Positions 12,680-23,997 of a stretch of DNA of 64,000 nt are shown piece by piece. The notes beneath the pieces were generated by a model, which worked only from the letters and a program-made list of their open reading frames with translations, was not told the DNA's origin and did no database searches. This DNA is from Oculina patagonica (Eukaryota): assembly GCF_052425735.1 (NCBI RefSeq), contig NC_135765.1:11780001-11844000 (forward strand), in the 5' to 3' direction. Made by a program: the position numbers and the translations under genes. Positions within the stretch are counted from its first letter, which is position 1. Every line of letters starts with the position of its first letter.

Positions 12680-15600
12680 ATGGCTGCCACTTTGAACGGC
12701 CTTCGCAAGCTATGTGTTGGCGGCTTAAGATCTCAAGCAAGGCTTTTGCCACGGGTATGCAGTGTTTTATTAAGCAAAAAGGGTATATCTTTCTCGAACA
12801 GGACTTGTTTTGCCGTTAACTGTGGTTTAATTTGCAGGTTTTAGGTGTCAATGGCTGTCAACACCAGCAGACCAGAGACCTATCTATTCACGAGCATTAC
12901 AGTATGAAACTTCTTCAAGAAGCAGGGATACTTACACCTCAGGGGGGTGTTGCTAAAACGCCTGAACAAGCTTATGAAATAGCTAGTACTCTAGGTACGT
13001 ATTACCTCAAATGACAGTTTTTTGTGTGTTTAATGGGATGTACGTACAAAGAACATGTACATCCCGACCCATATGCACATTATAATTTTTGGAAACGTTA
13101 CTGTTTACATATTCTTACGTTTTCAAATGTCAAGCAGTTAAGCACCCATCGGGTTTTTGGTTGGCAAATTAAGTGATAACAATAGACAGCATTAATTATT
13201 ATCAACACCAGTAATATAGGCTTACACACAAAAGTTAGTCTTATACATGTAGTTTACTCGGTTTACGGTCGTTTTGAGACAAAGTCTTTTCGAGACAAGT
13301 CGTTTCGAGACAAGTCGAGGTCGATTCGAGACACATGTAAAGTCGATTCGAGACAAACTGAGACACATGTAAAGTCGATTCGAGACAACTGAAATTGTTT
13401 CGATATAAAAGTAAACTCGAGAAAAGATCAGTGTATTACGAATAAGGTATAATTCGCCGAAGCGACTCGATCGATCGACGTAAATAATACCCAGTGCTCC
13501 CGCGAAGTCCTTCCGATACAAATAACTATACTATTTAACGCGACAAAAACGTTTAAAGGTTATTTTAAAGCTATGAAAGTCATAAAAAAGGAAAGGAAAA
13601 AGGCAAACTGTCACGGTATAAAATGTATTCAACGATTTTAAAGTTCTTTGACGTGGAAATCTAGCAAATTGTGGCCGGAGTCATTCACCGCGAAAGTAAA
13701 AGCAGGTAAAAGACTGCACGAAAACTTTGCAAGTTTACAAACTTCACAGACTGATGAAGGTATTGAGAATAAAGGTTAGTTCCACAAACACTGCTTTAGA
13801 AATTTGTTCTGAATTTATCTATTCCGTATTCTGTTGTTTTCCCCGAATAACAGACTTAAAGCACGTAAAACTGAAGATATAATTAAAGCGCGTACAAGAA
13901 CTCAATGTGAGGTTCTGCCATCAAAATAAGTTCATCGCGACAACACTAATATATTGATCTTTTCTCGAGTTTACTTCTAAATCGAAGCAATTTCAGTTTG
14001 TCTCGAATCGATTTTACATGTGTCTCAGTTTGTCTCGAAACGACTTTACTTGTGTCTCGAATCGACCTCGACTTGTCTCGAAATGACTTGTCTCGAAACG
14101 ACTTTGTCTCGAAACGACCGGATACCGTTTACTCATTAACACAACAAATGTTTATTTTCTCAAATAAAATAATGCTTGGGATGTCAATGTAGAACTGGAC
14201 CTCCTAAGTCTTTTCCACCTTTTTTATTTCTCTCTTTAGAACTGTAACTTTTAACACTTTAGTGAGCTCTTTTAAACACCCCTCACCAGACCTCTCAAGT
14301 CTTACGATTTTGCCATGAGACTCACGACTTTTAGTTCAATCTCACGGTCTCACGACAAGACACAAAAATCTCACGATAAACAGAGTCACAAGCTATAAGG
14401 ATACAATTTCTTGTATAATGTCATTTTTGGCTTACCAAGGCGATTGTCTTACGCCAATTCTGTGTAAATCCGTAGCCAGCAAAGGTATTTCATTAGTTTG
14501 ATCGCTACACACACAATCGAAACCCATATATAGAAGACACAAGTCGTGAAAAGAACGTTAGTTTTTGTGTTGCTAAAACAGGAAAAAAACTCCTTCTCTT
14601 GATTAGCACCTGGTTTTAGTTATTTTTGTCCGTCAGTTGATTAATCTCCCGGTTTTTACTCGAATCTCCCGGTTTTTTGACCTCGATCTCCAGATTTCCG
14701 GTTCTTTGAGGTTGAGAGGTCTGTCTCACAGACAGCGCAAGTGAGATGCAAGTGTGCATGTGCAGGGCAATTCAACAGAAAACTCTCAAGCAGGCATTGT
14801 TAATTCTGCATCGATTGATTTCAAGAACCACGACTTTGAGAGGCAAACAGCTTTCTCATCTGAAACACAAGTAAATTTTGCATGCAAATTTTTTGCTTAT
14901 TTCTATTTATTCCATTCAATACATCCATGTCCAATACACTTAACCCATATCTGGTCATTGATTATGATAAGTCCTGAGTGATTTACTTATCAAGAGATTT
15001 TAATTGAATTGATTTTGATTGTGTTAGATTGGATTGGTTTGTGCGATAATCAAACTCACAGCAAAATAGATGTTCAATTTTGTTCGATTACCGAACCCAA
15101 TCAAACAATAAATTATTGGTGTTCGATTGGGGTCGATTGACTTTAAGTTCAATTTTGTTCGATTGGATGTACATGTACCTCAGGTACAACACATTCCTCG
15201 ATAACCATAATTGTCGTGAATTAAATGCACGGCCATTTAACTTGTACATTCAAGTACAGAATTTCACCTTTTCTTCCTTTTATCTGGCAAGGTCTAGAAA
15301 GTGAGTCTGATTTGGTGGTCAAGGCTCAGGTTTTAGCAGGTGGACGTGGAAAAGGAACATTTGAAGGAGGGCTCAAAGGAGGAGTCAGGATTGTGTTCTC
15401 GTAAGTAAGGGCCTGTTTATATGGAAGGTGGGTGCCCCGGCTAACCGAGTTACCCGGCTAACCGAGCTACTCTGGGCGAGCCAACTTTTCATATGTTTCT
15501 TTAGAAAACACATTCAAGCGTTTACATGCAAGACGGGAAACCCGCCTTGCCGGACCGGAGCACTCGGTCTACTTGCCCGGGGCACCCTTCTAGGCGGGAT

Positions 15601-18600
15601 AGCTTTTTGCTATGTAAACGGTTGTGCCTGGGCTATCCCGGCTTGCCGGGATAAGTCTTCGTGCGTGTTCTTAAATTTACTTTGAAGTTAATGGCATAAA
15701 AATGTATAAATTCGGGACCCAAACAGTGCTGTTTGACCAAAATTAGATCGAGTTAGTTTTATTTGTTGGCTGGAAAATATTTCTTTGAGCGACAGCTATA
15801 ATTAATTCAAAATTTTGGTAGGAGTGATTATCCTAATTCCCGAAACAACAAATTTAATTTCAATTTGGCCACCAAAAACTGTTGAATTTCGATTGAATTC
15901 CCCCCAAAATGGACGCAGTACAGTAATTTTCAAAGAGCTTGCACATTAAAGTAAAATAGGTTTTAAGGTGGCTAGCCTTGATTATTCAGTAAAAAAGTCA
16001 TATATTTCTTCAATCGTTTGAAGCTACATGTACATGGTTTTCTCACGCTGTGACACGCTTCAGTGACACTGTCTCAACTCGGGTAGAAGGGCTGTGAATT
16101 CTGCATGTAAAGGCGGGCTATGTTTCATCCCTTCTAGCCGGGTAACTCGATTAGCAGGGGCGCCCTCCCTCCATGTAAACAGGCCCTAAGATAGCCGACC
16201 TTCATGTACAGGAGGTACCGGTAGTTTCTGTTGTAAAAGAGATATAGGGGTATAACATTTTACACTATAATATTTTACATCATAATTATTTTCTGTTATT
16301 ATTGTACATGTATAAAACACACAAGAAGCACTCGTCTGACAAGAGCACAAGTGATGACTTCATTTTTTATACAATAGATCCTCCACTTATCTTGAATTTA
16401 CAGTTTTCAAACCAAAAACAAATTCATGACAGTAACATGGCAGTACATAGCAGTCATTAATATCATTTCCCTCTGAGCCAATTATTGCAATGTTTGCTGA
16501 GTGTACATGTAGCATGGTGTGCCACAGGCTATTTTATGCCATTCATTAATATATTTATTGAATGACTATTATAATTGTATTTCCTCAGGCCAGATGAAGC
16601 TAAAGAAATGGCATCTAGAATGCTTGGCAAAAAGCTCTTCACAAAACAAACAGGAGAGCAAGGAAGGATATGCAATGATGTGAGTAGTGACATACACTAG
16701 TGAGGTTTACATGTATTTAAGACATCTAATTTTAGGTACGTGTTACTTCTGCCACCAGTAAAAGAAATATTTGATCTTCTTTGCACACCGATCACAAAAC
16801 ATGTTAGTGAGCACCAGACTCAACCCTCCAAGTTAAGACCATTTTAGTCGCCATGGGACTAAAATTTTGGAGCTGGCGACTAAATTTGAACCAAGGTCGC
16901 CAGCCTGGCGACTAAAATTGAGAGGAAGGATTGAAAGCATCAGCTTAATTTGGTGACTAAAATTTTTCACTGGTGACCAAAACTTGAGTAGTTGGTAGCC
17001 AAATGGCCACTAAGGAAAAAAATAAACTTGGAGGGTTGAGACTGAGTACAGTTTTTAAGATACTGGCTTTGTTCAGTCTGTTTTCTTTGTTAATAGAGAG
17101 GTTTGACGACGGCCCGCACGCAATGAACTTGCGGTGTCTCTTAGTTGTGTGTACCGAGTACAGTGAATATGCAAGATAGTAGGAGAATATTCCATTGTGT
17201 GCTTTTACGGAAGAAGAAGACCAATCAGAGTATCTTTGCCGTTTGGCGTCTGCCGTTAACGTCATGCTTAACCTCTCTAATGATTGTTGGTATTATTTTC
17301 CAGGTTTATATTTGCGAGAGATTGTATGCTAGAAGGGAATACTACTTTGCCATTGCTTTAGAGAGAGCTTTCAAGGTACAAAATCAGTTTCACTGTTATT
17401 TTGGGGAAAAAATCTTTTCTTGCATCAGCGGGGGGTTTCATTAAGGGCCAGGCACCAGGCAAATTTACCAGCTGCGAACACTACTTTGCCTGGCTGTTTT
17501 CAGCATCTAAAACAATTTCAGTCATCCAAAGAGGGTAGCGCCTTGCTGATACTTTGCCCAGGTGCAAACCCTGATGGCTACCTGCTCCATACCTTAATGA
17601 ATCCCCTGCATCAGTTGTTTGATATGCAAGTACATGTGACAGGAAGGGTAATACACTCAGTCAGTTAGCCAATTCCACCAGTCTACAGACTGAAACATTT
17701 TGACTGTATGTGTTGTGGTTTTAATTATTTTATTTTTGGTTAAATTTTTTTTAAACAAGTTTTTTAAATCTAACTGGTTTGAATTGTTTTTACCAAAGAT
17801 AAAATTAAAGCCATAACGTAAAACTACAGCCTACTAATTTCCTTTGTGTTACCAATCTGTACTAAGCACACTGAAACTTGTTCAAAACCTAACTAAGGAT
17901 TGTGTTTTTTGCTGCTGTCAATCCTAATTAAAACAATCAATGAATCTTGAAAAAAAAAACATGAAACAAAATCTACCAATCACAATCCATCGCAATCTAG
18001 AGAAGTGAGTGGTCATTTTATTTTTCTTACACTCTTTAGGGCCCAGTATTGGTTGGAAGCCAGCAGGGAGGTGTTGATATTGAACAAGTTGCCAAAGATT
18101 CTCCTGATGCCATTGTTAAGTTTGGAGTAGATATTAACAATGGTTTGTACATGTATCTTGTGTTTGTTACTGACACTTGACTTCATAGATGAAATTTGAA
18201 ACTTGTGCAAAGACTACGTAAAAAGCAGATTAACTACATGTACAAATGTAGTACCCTAGTACCCATTGACCTACCCAAGCTGTTAGGAAGAAAACCCACT
18301 AGCCCTGGGTTGTTGCACTCCAGTTTTGTTGCATCCTGTGGTAAATATTTCACAGCAGTCAAATGCAAAAATGAGGTCACCTCCGGTTTTTGACGCCTCA
18401 ACTTTCCTGAGAATTTGACTCAAAAGTGTGCAAACTTTTGTAGGAAATTGTTTTATAAATAGTACGGTGAAAGAAAATTTCAAGCTGGGGAATTCAGTGG
18501 AGATCAATTATCAGATTTCCCATCCATAAGCAGCGTATATCCTTAACTTTCCAGGAATGGCATTAACTTTTGGCTTTAAAGCGAAAGCTTTCGGAAAGTT

Positions 18601-21600
18601 TAAGACTTTGTATGGAGAATTTTGGCGGGAATTGCACTGAAATTGCACACACACGTGGTGTTTGACCGCTGTGTGGGTAATATAATTATATCAGGGTTGC
18701 CACAGGTCAAGAAATGGTCTGGGAAAAATAAAATTCTTCAAGGTCAGGGAAAAGTCAGAGAAATTTATTTTGAGTCAGGGAAAATTGACATTTTGAAGGA
18801 ATTAAGATTATACCACAGCTGATGTAATACCATTAAAGGCTGGAAGAAATAATTTCAAGTCAATGGGATCTTAGCAATGTTTTTTCCTTAGGAAATGTAG
18901 GCTGGAATCTGCAATTATACTGTATATCTGGCATTTTGCATTTTTTGGTCAGGGAAATTTAATTGTTATCAGAAAAAAGTCAAAGAAAAGTCAGGGAATT
19001 TTGATGCCCATGGCAACAATATTAATTTTCTTTGGTGGGAGGTACCATGACTTACCTACTGTGTGTACTGCTACAAAGATGGATGGTAATTTTGTACAGA
19101 CATGTATGTACATGCAAACCTAAAAGATTCTTGAAAAGAGTAAGAGAGGATTTATATTGACTGTGCCTACAATCACCTACTCAGGTCTGTCAAAATCTGA
19201 TGCTGTGGAATTTGCAAAACAGATGGGTTTCAGTGAGAAATGTGCGGAACAAGCTGGTGAATGGATAATCCGTCTGTATGACTTGTTTATTGAAAAGGAT
19301 GCTACAATGATTGAAATAAATCCCATGACTGAAGACTTGCTGGGAAGGGGTAAGTATACATGTACTTGACACTGCAGTGACACTGCCTGTGTACGTCCGT
19401 CTTCACCGCAAGAAGAGGCCGGCTTACCTTTGTCCATAAATCATGTAAATTTGCAAAATTTGGAGCTGTTTCTGACAATGTTCAATTAAGCCAAAATTCG
19501 ATGTGACATTCATGCTCGCAGGCTTTCAATTGGTATTAATTGAAGACCAGCGTGTTTTTGTTGTGACATACACAAAGAACGAATTGAAGTGATGTTAACT
19601 TATGAGATAATTTATTATTAACTTTGTTGAGGGACTGTAATTGATGTGTTATTTTGTAAGTTTCTTAATTTCCCTGCAATTTTTCTTGGAGGAGATGTGG
19701 GTGGTCGAGGGAGGTAATATATCAGGCTGTAACTAGTTGTAGAGTAGAACAGATGTTTCTATATTGTGCCCTTAAAAATTGGATGTAGTTATTGCAAAGT
19801 GCGTGAAAAGTCCTTGAATTTTGGATCCAAAAAAGACCAAGAAACCTTTTCAAAATAATTGTTTAGCAGTATTAAGGAAAATTGTGTCGTGTTGGTAATA
19901 TTGATGTACATTGAGTAAAGCTAACATGATGTCCTTGGTTTTTTTTTCCAGTTGTGTGCATGGATGCCAAGTTGCTCTTTGATGACAACGCAGAATTTCG
20001 ACAACCAGATGTCTTCTCATTAAAAGACTGGTCGCAAGAAGATTCAAGGGAAGTAGAGGCGGGAAAAGCAAACCTTAACTACATTGGTCTTGATGGCAGT
20101 ATTGGATGTCTAGGTAAAATCTGTTAGGCTGTCATCTATTTCAATTAAATGTAACCACCTCATTTTAAAAAAAGCTCTCTTTAGGCCAAACAAAAGTAGA
20201 GTCAATTTCTTATTGAACACCCCTTTTGTTCCTAAACCTGACCACTGTCAGTAGTTTTCATGACCAATGACCACCATTTGCAGTTTTATTTTCTTTGTAA
20301 ATTATTAGTACCCCATTGATACAACTTTCTGTATGGCTGCAGGCACATAAGCATTGACTATTGCCAAAGTTGCCAGCCTGAATAATTTTCAGCTTTCTCC
20401 TTTGGTCACTTACTCCCAAGAGAGATGTTTGAACCAAATGGCCACTTATGCCGTCCAGCATCTGGTTAGGCCATACCGCTTTAACTTAAATTCATGCAGA
20501 ATGTAAATGAGTTTTTCAAGAGGCTATTTTGATGAACAAAAAAGATCTCCAGGATAAGGATTCAACTGTGTGCAGGTGTAGAATTATTCAACTTACACCA
20601 TGAGAGAGCAGTGTGTATACCGTACAAATAATGATAAAATATATGCCCACTCTCAAATAACCCCCCCCCCCCCTTGAGGTGTAAAGTTTTTATTAGACCC
20701 CTCCCTCTTATAAATGCCCCATGTCTTTCAGATGCCCTTTCCCCCTAAAGAATCGCCTCAAAAACCAAGAAAATGCTCCATAGAGTAATACCACACAATT
20801 TATTTACAGTAGTTTCTTGGTTGACTCGGACAGCGAAGAAGCCATGACATCTCCAGGCTAGATTAGTCTCCTACTCACTAACTCTGTCTTCTATTTACTC
20901 TGGGAGCAAACTACGGATCTCATTTGTTTTGTTTACGTTGTTACAGTTAAAGTGAAATAAATGCCTCTGTTAAATAAATGCCTCATATCTTTTTAATGCC
21001 CCCCCCCCCCCCCAGGACCCCTAAAATTTATAGACGCCCTGGGCGTTTATCAAATCATTTACGGTATAAATAGTTTTACTCCTTACTACGTAACTTTTAA
21101 GAACGGCATGTGCAATGTAAAACACAGCCTTGGGTTGGTTATTTGCACCGGCATTTCAGCCCTCACTGTTGCCAATTATTTTTCCTCTTGATCACCAGTG
21201 AATGGTGCGGGCCTGGCCATGGCCACAATGGATATAATCAAACTACATGGCGGTGAGCCAGCAAACTTCTTGGACATTGGTGGTGGTGCTACAATAGAAC
21301 AGGTTATGGCAGCCTTCAAGCTTATCAGCGAGGATAAGAAGGTACACTTTCATGAGTTATTGTTTGCACTTGCCCGTTTGGAGAAAAAGAACTCTTTTTT
21401 TTTTTTTTTTGGTGGGGGGGGGGGGGGGGTCTGTACTCCCCGAAAATCTTTCTAGAAATCAGTGGGATCGGAAGAGCCACTATGTGGAAGATGTCACTGC
21501 AAAATTCCCATTTAAACCATTGCGCTATTTTGGACCAAAGTGTGCGATTTAATTTCCCTGCATTTCTCAAAAGATACAAGAAATATAAATGATAAGAACC

Positions 21601-23126
21601 GACGTTTCGGTGCATCTTGCGCCATTATCAAGGTTACATAATTAGTGATGAAAAGGCTAGGTTGAAAGCGAGATAATGGCGCAAGATGCACCGAAACGTC
21701 GGTTCTTATCATTTATATTTCTTGTATCATGTATTTCCAAATCGGTTCTTATATTTCTCAAAAGATGAATAATAACGATCACAAAAGTAGTGTCTTCCAA
21801 GGATGGGGGCATTGGGGGTTACTGAACACGGCATTTTTGAGACGGAAGGCGTTTCTTGGCACTTTTGAGAGTTACCGAGTGGCAACAGTAGTTCCCACCG
21901 GGACCTTTTACCAACCTTTAACCCCATAAGATTTTGTACTTAGTAGTCATCATTTTGAAACGGAAACCAAGGGAGACTCGGAAATAACCTGCTATCAGGC
22001 ATTTTTTCTGTGATATAGTTGGCAGGCCTTGCATGATCTTAGGTGAACTCGGAAATGTCCTCTTGACTTTTTGTGTATCTTTTTGTAATTAGGTCCACGC
22101 TACTCTTGTTAACATCTTTGGCGGCATCATGCGCTGTGACATCATAGCCGAGGGAATCATTGCTGCAGCGAGAGAGCTTGAACTCGGTATTCCCATTGTT
22201 GTACGATTACAAGGTAAACAATTTCACTGTTTTCTCTCCATGCTAACCTTCTGCTAAATTTATTTTTAACCAAAGACAAAAAGAAACAGTTAGGTACATA
22301 ATAAGTTGTTTCCACTGGGAAAAGTTTAATTATGGCGTGATCGCGATTGAGCTTTTTGTAAATGTCCATGCATCGGCTTTCGGCCTCGCTTTGTTTGCTT
22401 TGAGGTATACAGTATTGTGGAAGGGTTTGATTAAAGCATACAATTGATTAAGCTGAATACAAATGTAACTGCAGTCGAAATTCTGCTAACAAACGCTTCC
22501 GAAATGCATACAGCAGTTTTATCGCGCGTTAAGTTACGGTCCCGTCGAATACACAACATTGCATAGCAGCTTTTTAACACGTTCAATTTCCCTAGGGGAG
22601 GCCGCCTAGTGGACACTCATTCTGGTGCGTCAGAGCGGTGGGATGGGGCAGAAACGATTGGAAAGAGACGTTCCGCTACCGAAAGGCGGTCAAGCACGAT
22701 ACCGATTTAATCATTGTTTGTCATTTCATACCTCGTTATAGCTAGCTTGAGGTGATCTCTGTTACCATTTTGAACAGTTGAATGCTTGTAAAAGAGATTT
22801 ATCAGGCTCTCTGTTTCTTCGCTTTTACTCTATAGGAACTCGAGTGGATGACGCTAAGGCCCTTATTGCTGCAAGCGGGCTAAGAATTATTGCTTGTGAT
22901 GACCTCGAAGAAGCTGCAGAGATGGTAAGGGCCCTTATTTGTATCTGGGGTACATGTATTTCTCGGAACAGTCAGTTCTATTTGAAGTTCTACTTGTATT
23001 GCATTGCAGAACGCAAAGCGCTCACACTTGCTTTTTTCTTTTTTTGCTCAGGTTGTCCGTCTTTCCAATATCGTTGAACTAGCCAGAAGTGTGAAAATGA
23101 AAGTCAACTTCGAGCTGCCTATCTAA
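12680..23126 (+). CDS. SUCLA2: Succinate-CoA ligase [ADP-forming] subunit beta, mitochondrial (complete, 12 exons)
   Basis: Exons 12680-12754, 12838-12994, 15292(or 15298)-15400, 16589-16679, 17304-17375, 18040-18142, 19185-19349, 19952-20113, 21199-21341, 22093-22213, 22836-22924, 23052-23126. Arg-rich presequence, then [94 protein letters not shown]. The C-terminus VNFELPI* resembles the ADP-forming paralogue (SUCLA2) rather than SUCLG2. Confidence 0.96.
13259..14127. mobile_element. Non-autonomous DNA transposon with ~180-bp TIRs built from tandem ~15-bp TTCGAGACAAGTCG units, 6-bp TSD
   Basis: CGGTTTACGGTCG...CGACCGGATACCG; TSD TTTACT at 13253-13258 and 14128-14133. Confidence 0.85.
14287..14723. 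mobile_element. MITE with CAGACCTCTCAA TIR (hAT-like)
   Basis: CAGACCTCTCAA...TTGAGAGGTCTG; near-TSD CCTCAC/TCTCAC; internal TCTCACG/TCTCCCG repeats. Confidence 0.75.
15409..16186. mobile_element. PIF/Harbinger-type MITE
   Basis: TIR of about 50 bp GGGCCTGTTTA(T/C)ATGGA...; TAA TSD at 15406-15408 and 16187-16189, immediately after the SUCLA2 exon 3 donor GTAAGT. Confidence 0.85.
16821..17038. mobile_element. MITE with CAACCCTCCAAGTT TIR and probable 5-bp TSD AGACT
   Basis: CAACCCTCCAAGTT...AACTTGGAGGGTTG; internal GGCGACTAA repeats. Confidence 0.7.
20620..21064. mobile_element. Tc1/mariner-type MITE (TA TSD, CCGTA termini)
   Basis: TA|CCGTACAAATAATGATAAA...TTTATCAAATCATTTACGG|TA. A similar element lies at about 55496-55846. 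Confidence 0.65.
21573..21752. mobile_element. Penelope-like retroelement remnant (inverted pseudo-LTR pair) in SUCLA2 intron 9
   Basis: Perfect 57-bp inverted arms 21573-21629 and 21672-21728. Direct repeat ATTTCTCAAAAGAT at 21562-21575 and 21753-21766 looks like a TSD. Contains a hammerhead motif. Confidence 0.7.
21597..21635 (-). ncRNA. Minimal hammerhead ribozyme, U3-A8 core variant
   Basis: Minus strand AACC-UUGAUAA-U-GGCGC AAGAU GCACC-GAAA-C-GUC^GGUU. The C3-G8 pair is replaced by a compensatory U3-A8, and the 4-bp stem I is perfect. Confidence 0.6.
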
Positions 23127-23997
23127 CAAGTCCTATAATTATGTAACATTGCATTGTTTGATATTTCTAAGTTCTGCATTATAGCAATGCTACAAGATTT
23201 CTTCAAGGCAGAACTTCTTTCCATCTGTTACAGTCCCAGTGATACACAATCATACATTTATGGGACCATTGGAGTAAATCAATGGAAGGGTGAGAAAAAT
23301 GTCAGTTGAGGATCATGAATGCATTTGTTGGATAAAGATGTAATTATGTACCTGCCCGTTTATGTCACATCAAAGTATATTTATGAAAATTTTTACTTTG
23401 TATCTTTATTGCCTATACGGTCACTTGCTCTTGCAGTGAAATTTGTTTTTGGGCCCTCGAAGCATCAAAACCTTAGCTTATTCCAATTTGAGTGTCTCGA
23501 AAGACCTACTTGTTGAAATAAATTTTTAGCTAATTAAGCATTTGCTTGCTGGTTCTGTTGTTGTTATAATTATTTTCTATATTTACATAGCTTCTATTCA
23601 CGCCAGAACGTCTTTCATAACAAAGTGAAAGACACTGTACAGCTAAGAAACAAGCAAACACAAACACGCACGAAAAAACGCGTTGGCAAACACGAGCAAA
23701 CGCGTGTGCGTTACGCGCGTACAGTAAAGCTCATTAGTATGTATGACTTCGGTAGCTTAATGCTTTCCGCCCAACATGATAGTGTTGAAGTAGTTGAGCA
23801 CTGATTAAAAACAGTTTCTTTACAACGCATCTCTGTTAACAGGATCCCTCTTAACCTGGCAGACACCAATACCAGTAAAATTGCTAAATTGCTGGAGGTT
23901 GTGAAATTTGTTATATCAATCATGTGTGAGAGGAATACGTAGGTTCCTTTGCTAGATTTAAAATGAAAATTATGAAATGTGGTTCAACTTTATTTCG

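Noticed and set aside
12583-12819. ORF-track 78-aa ORF as the SUCLA2 start
   Set aside because: Wrong frame; the ATG at 12680 gives a mitochondrial presequence and splices in phase to exon 2.
22590-22710. GC-rich intronic stretch with a small CCGCTACCGAAAGGCGG hairpin as a snoRNA or ribozyme
   Set aside because: No convincing C/D or H/ACA boxes and no ribozyme core; more likely a repeat fragment.
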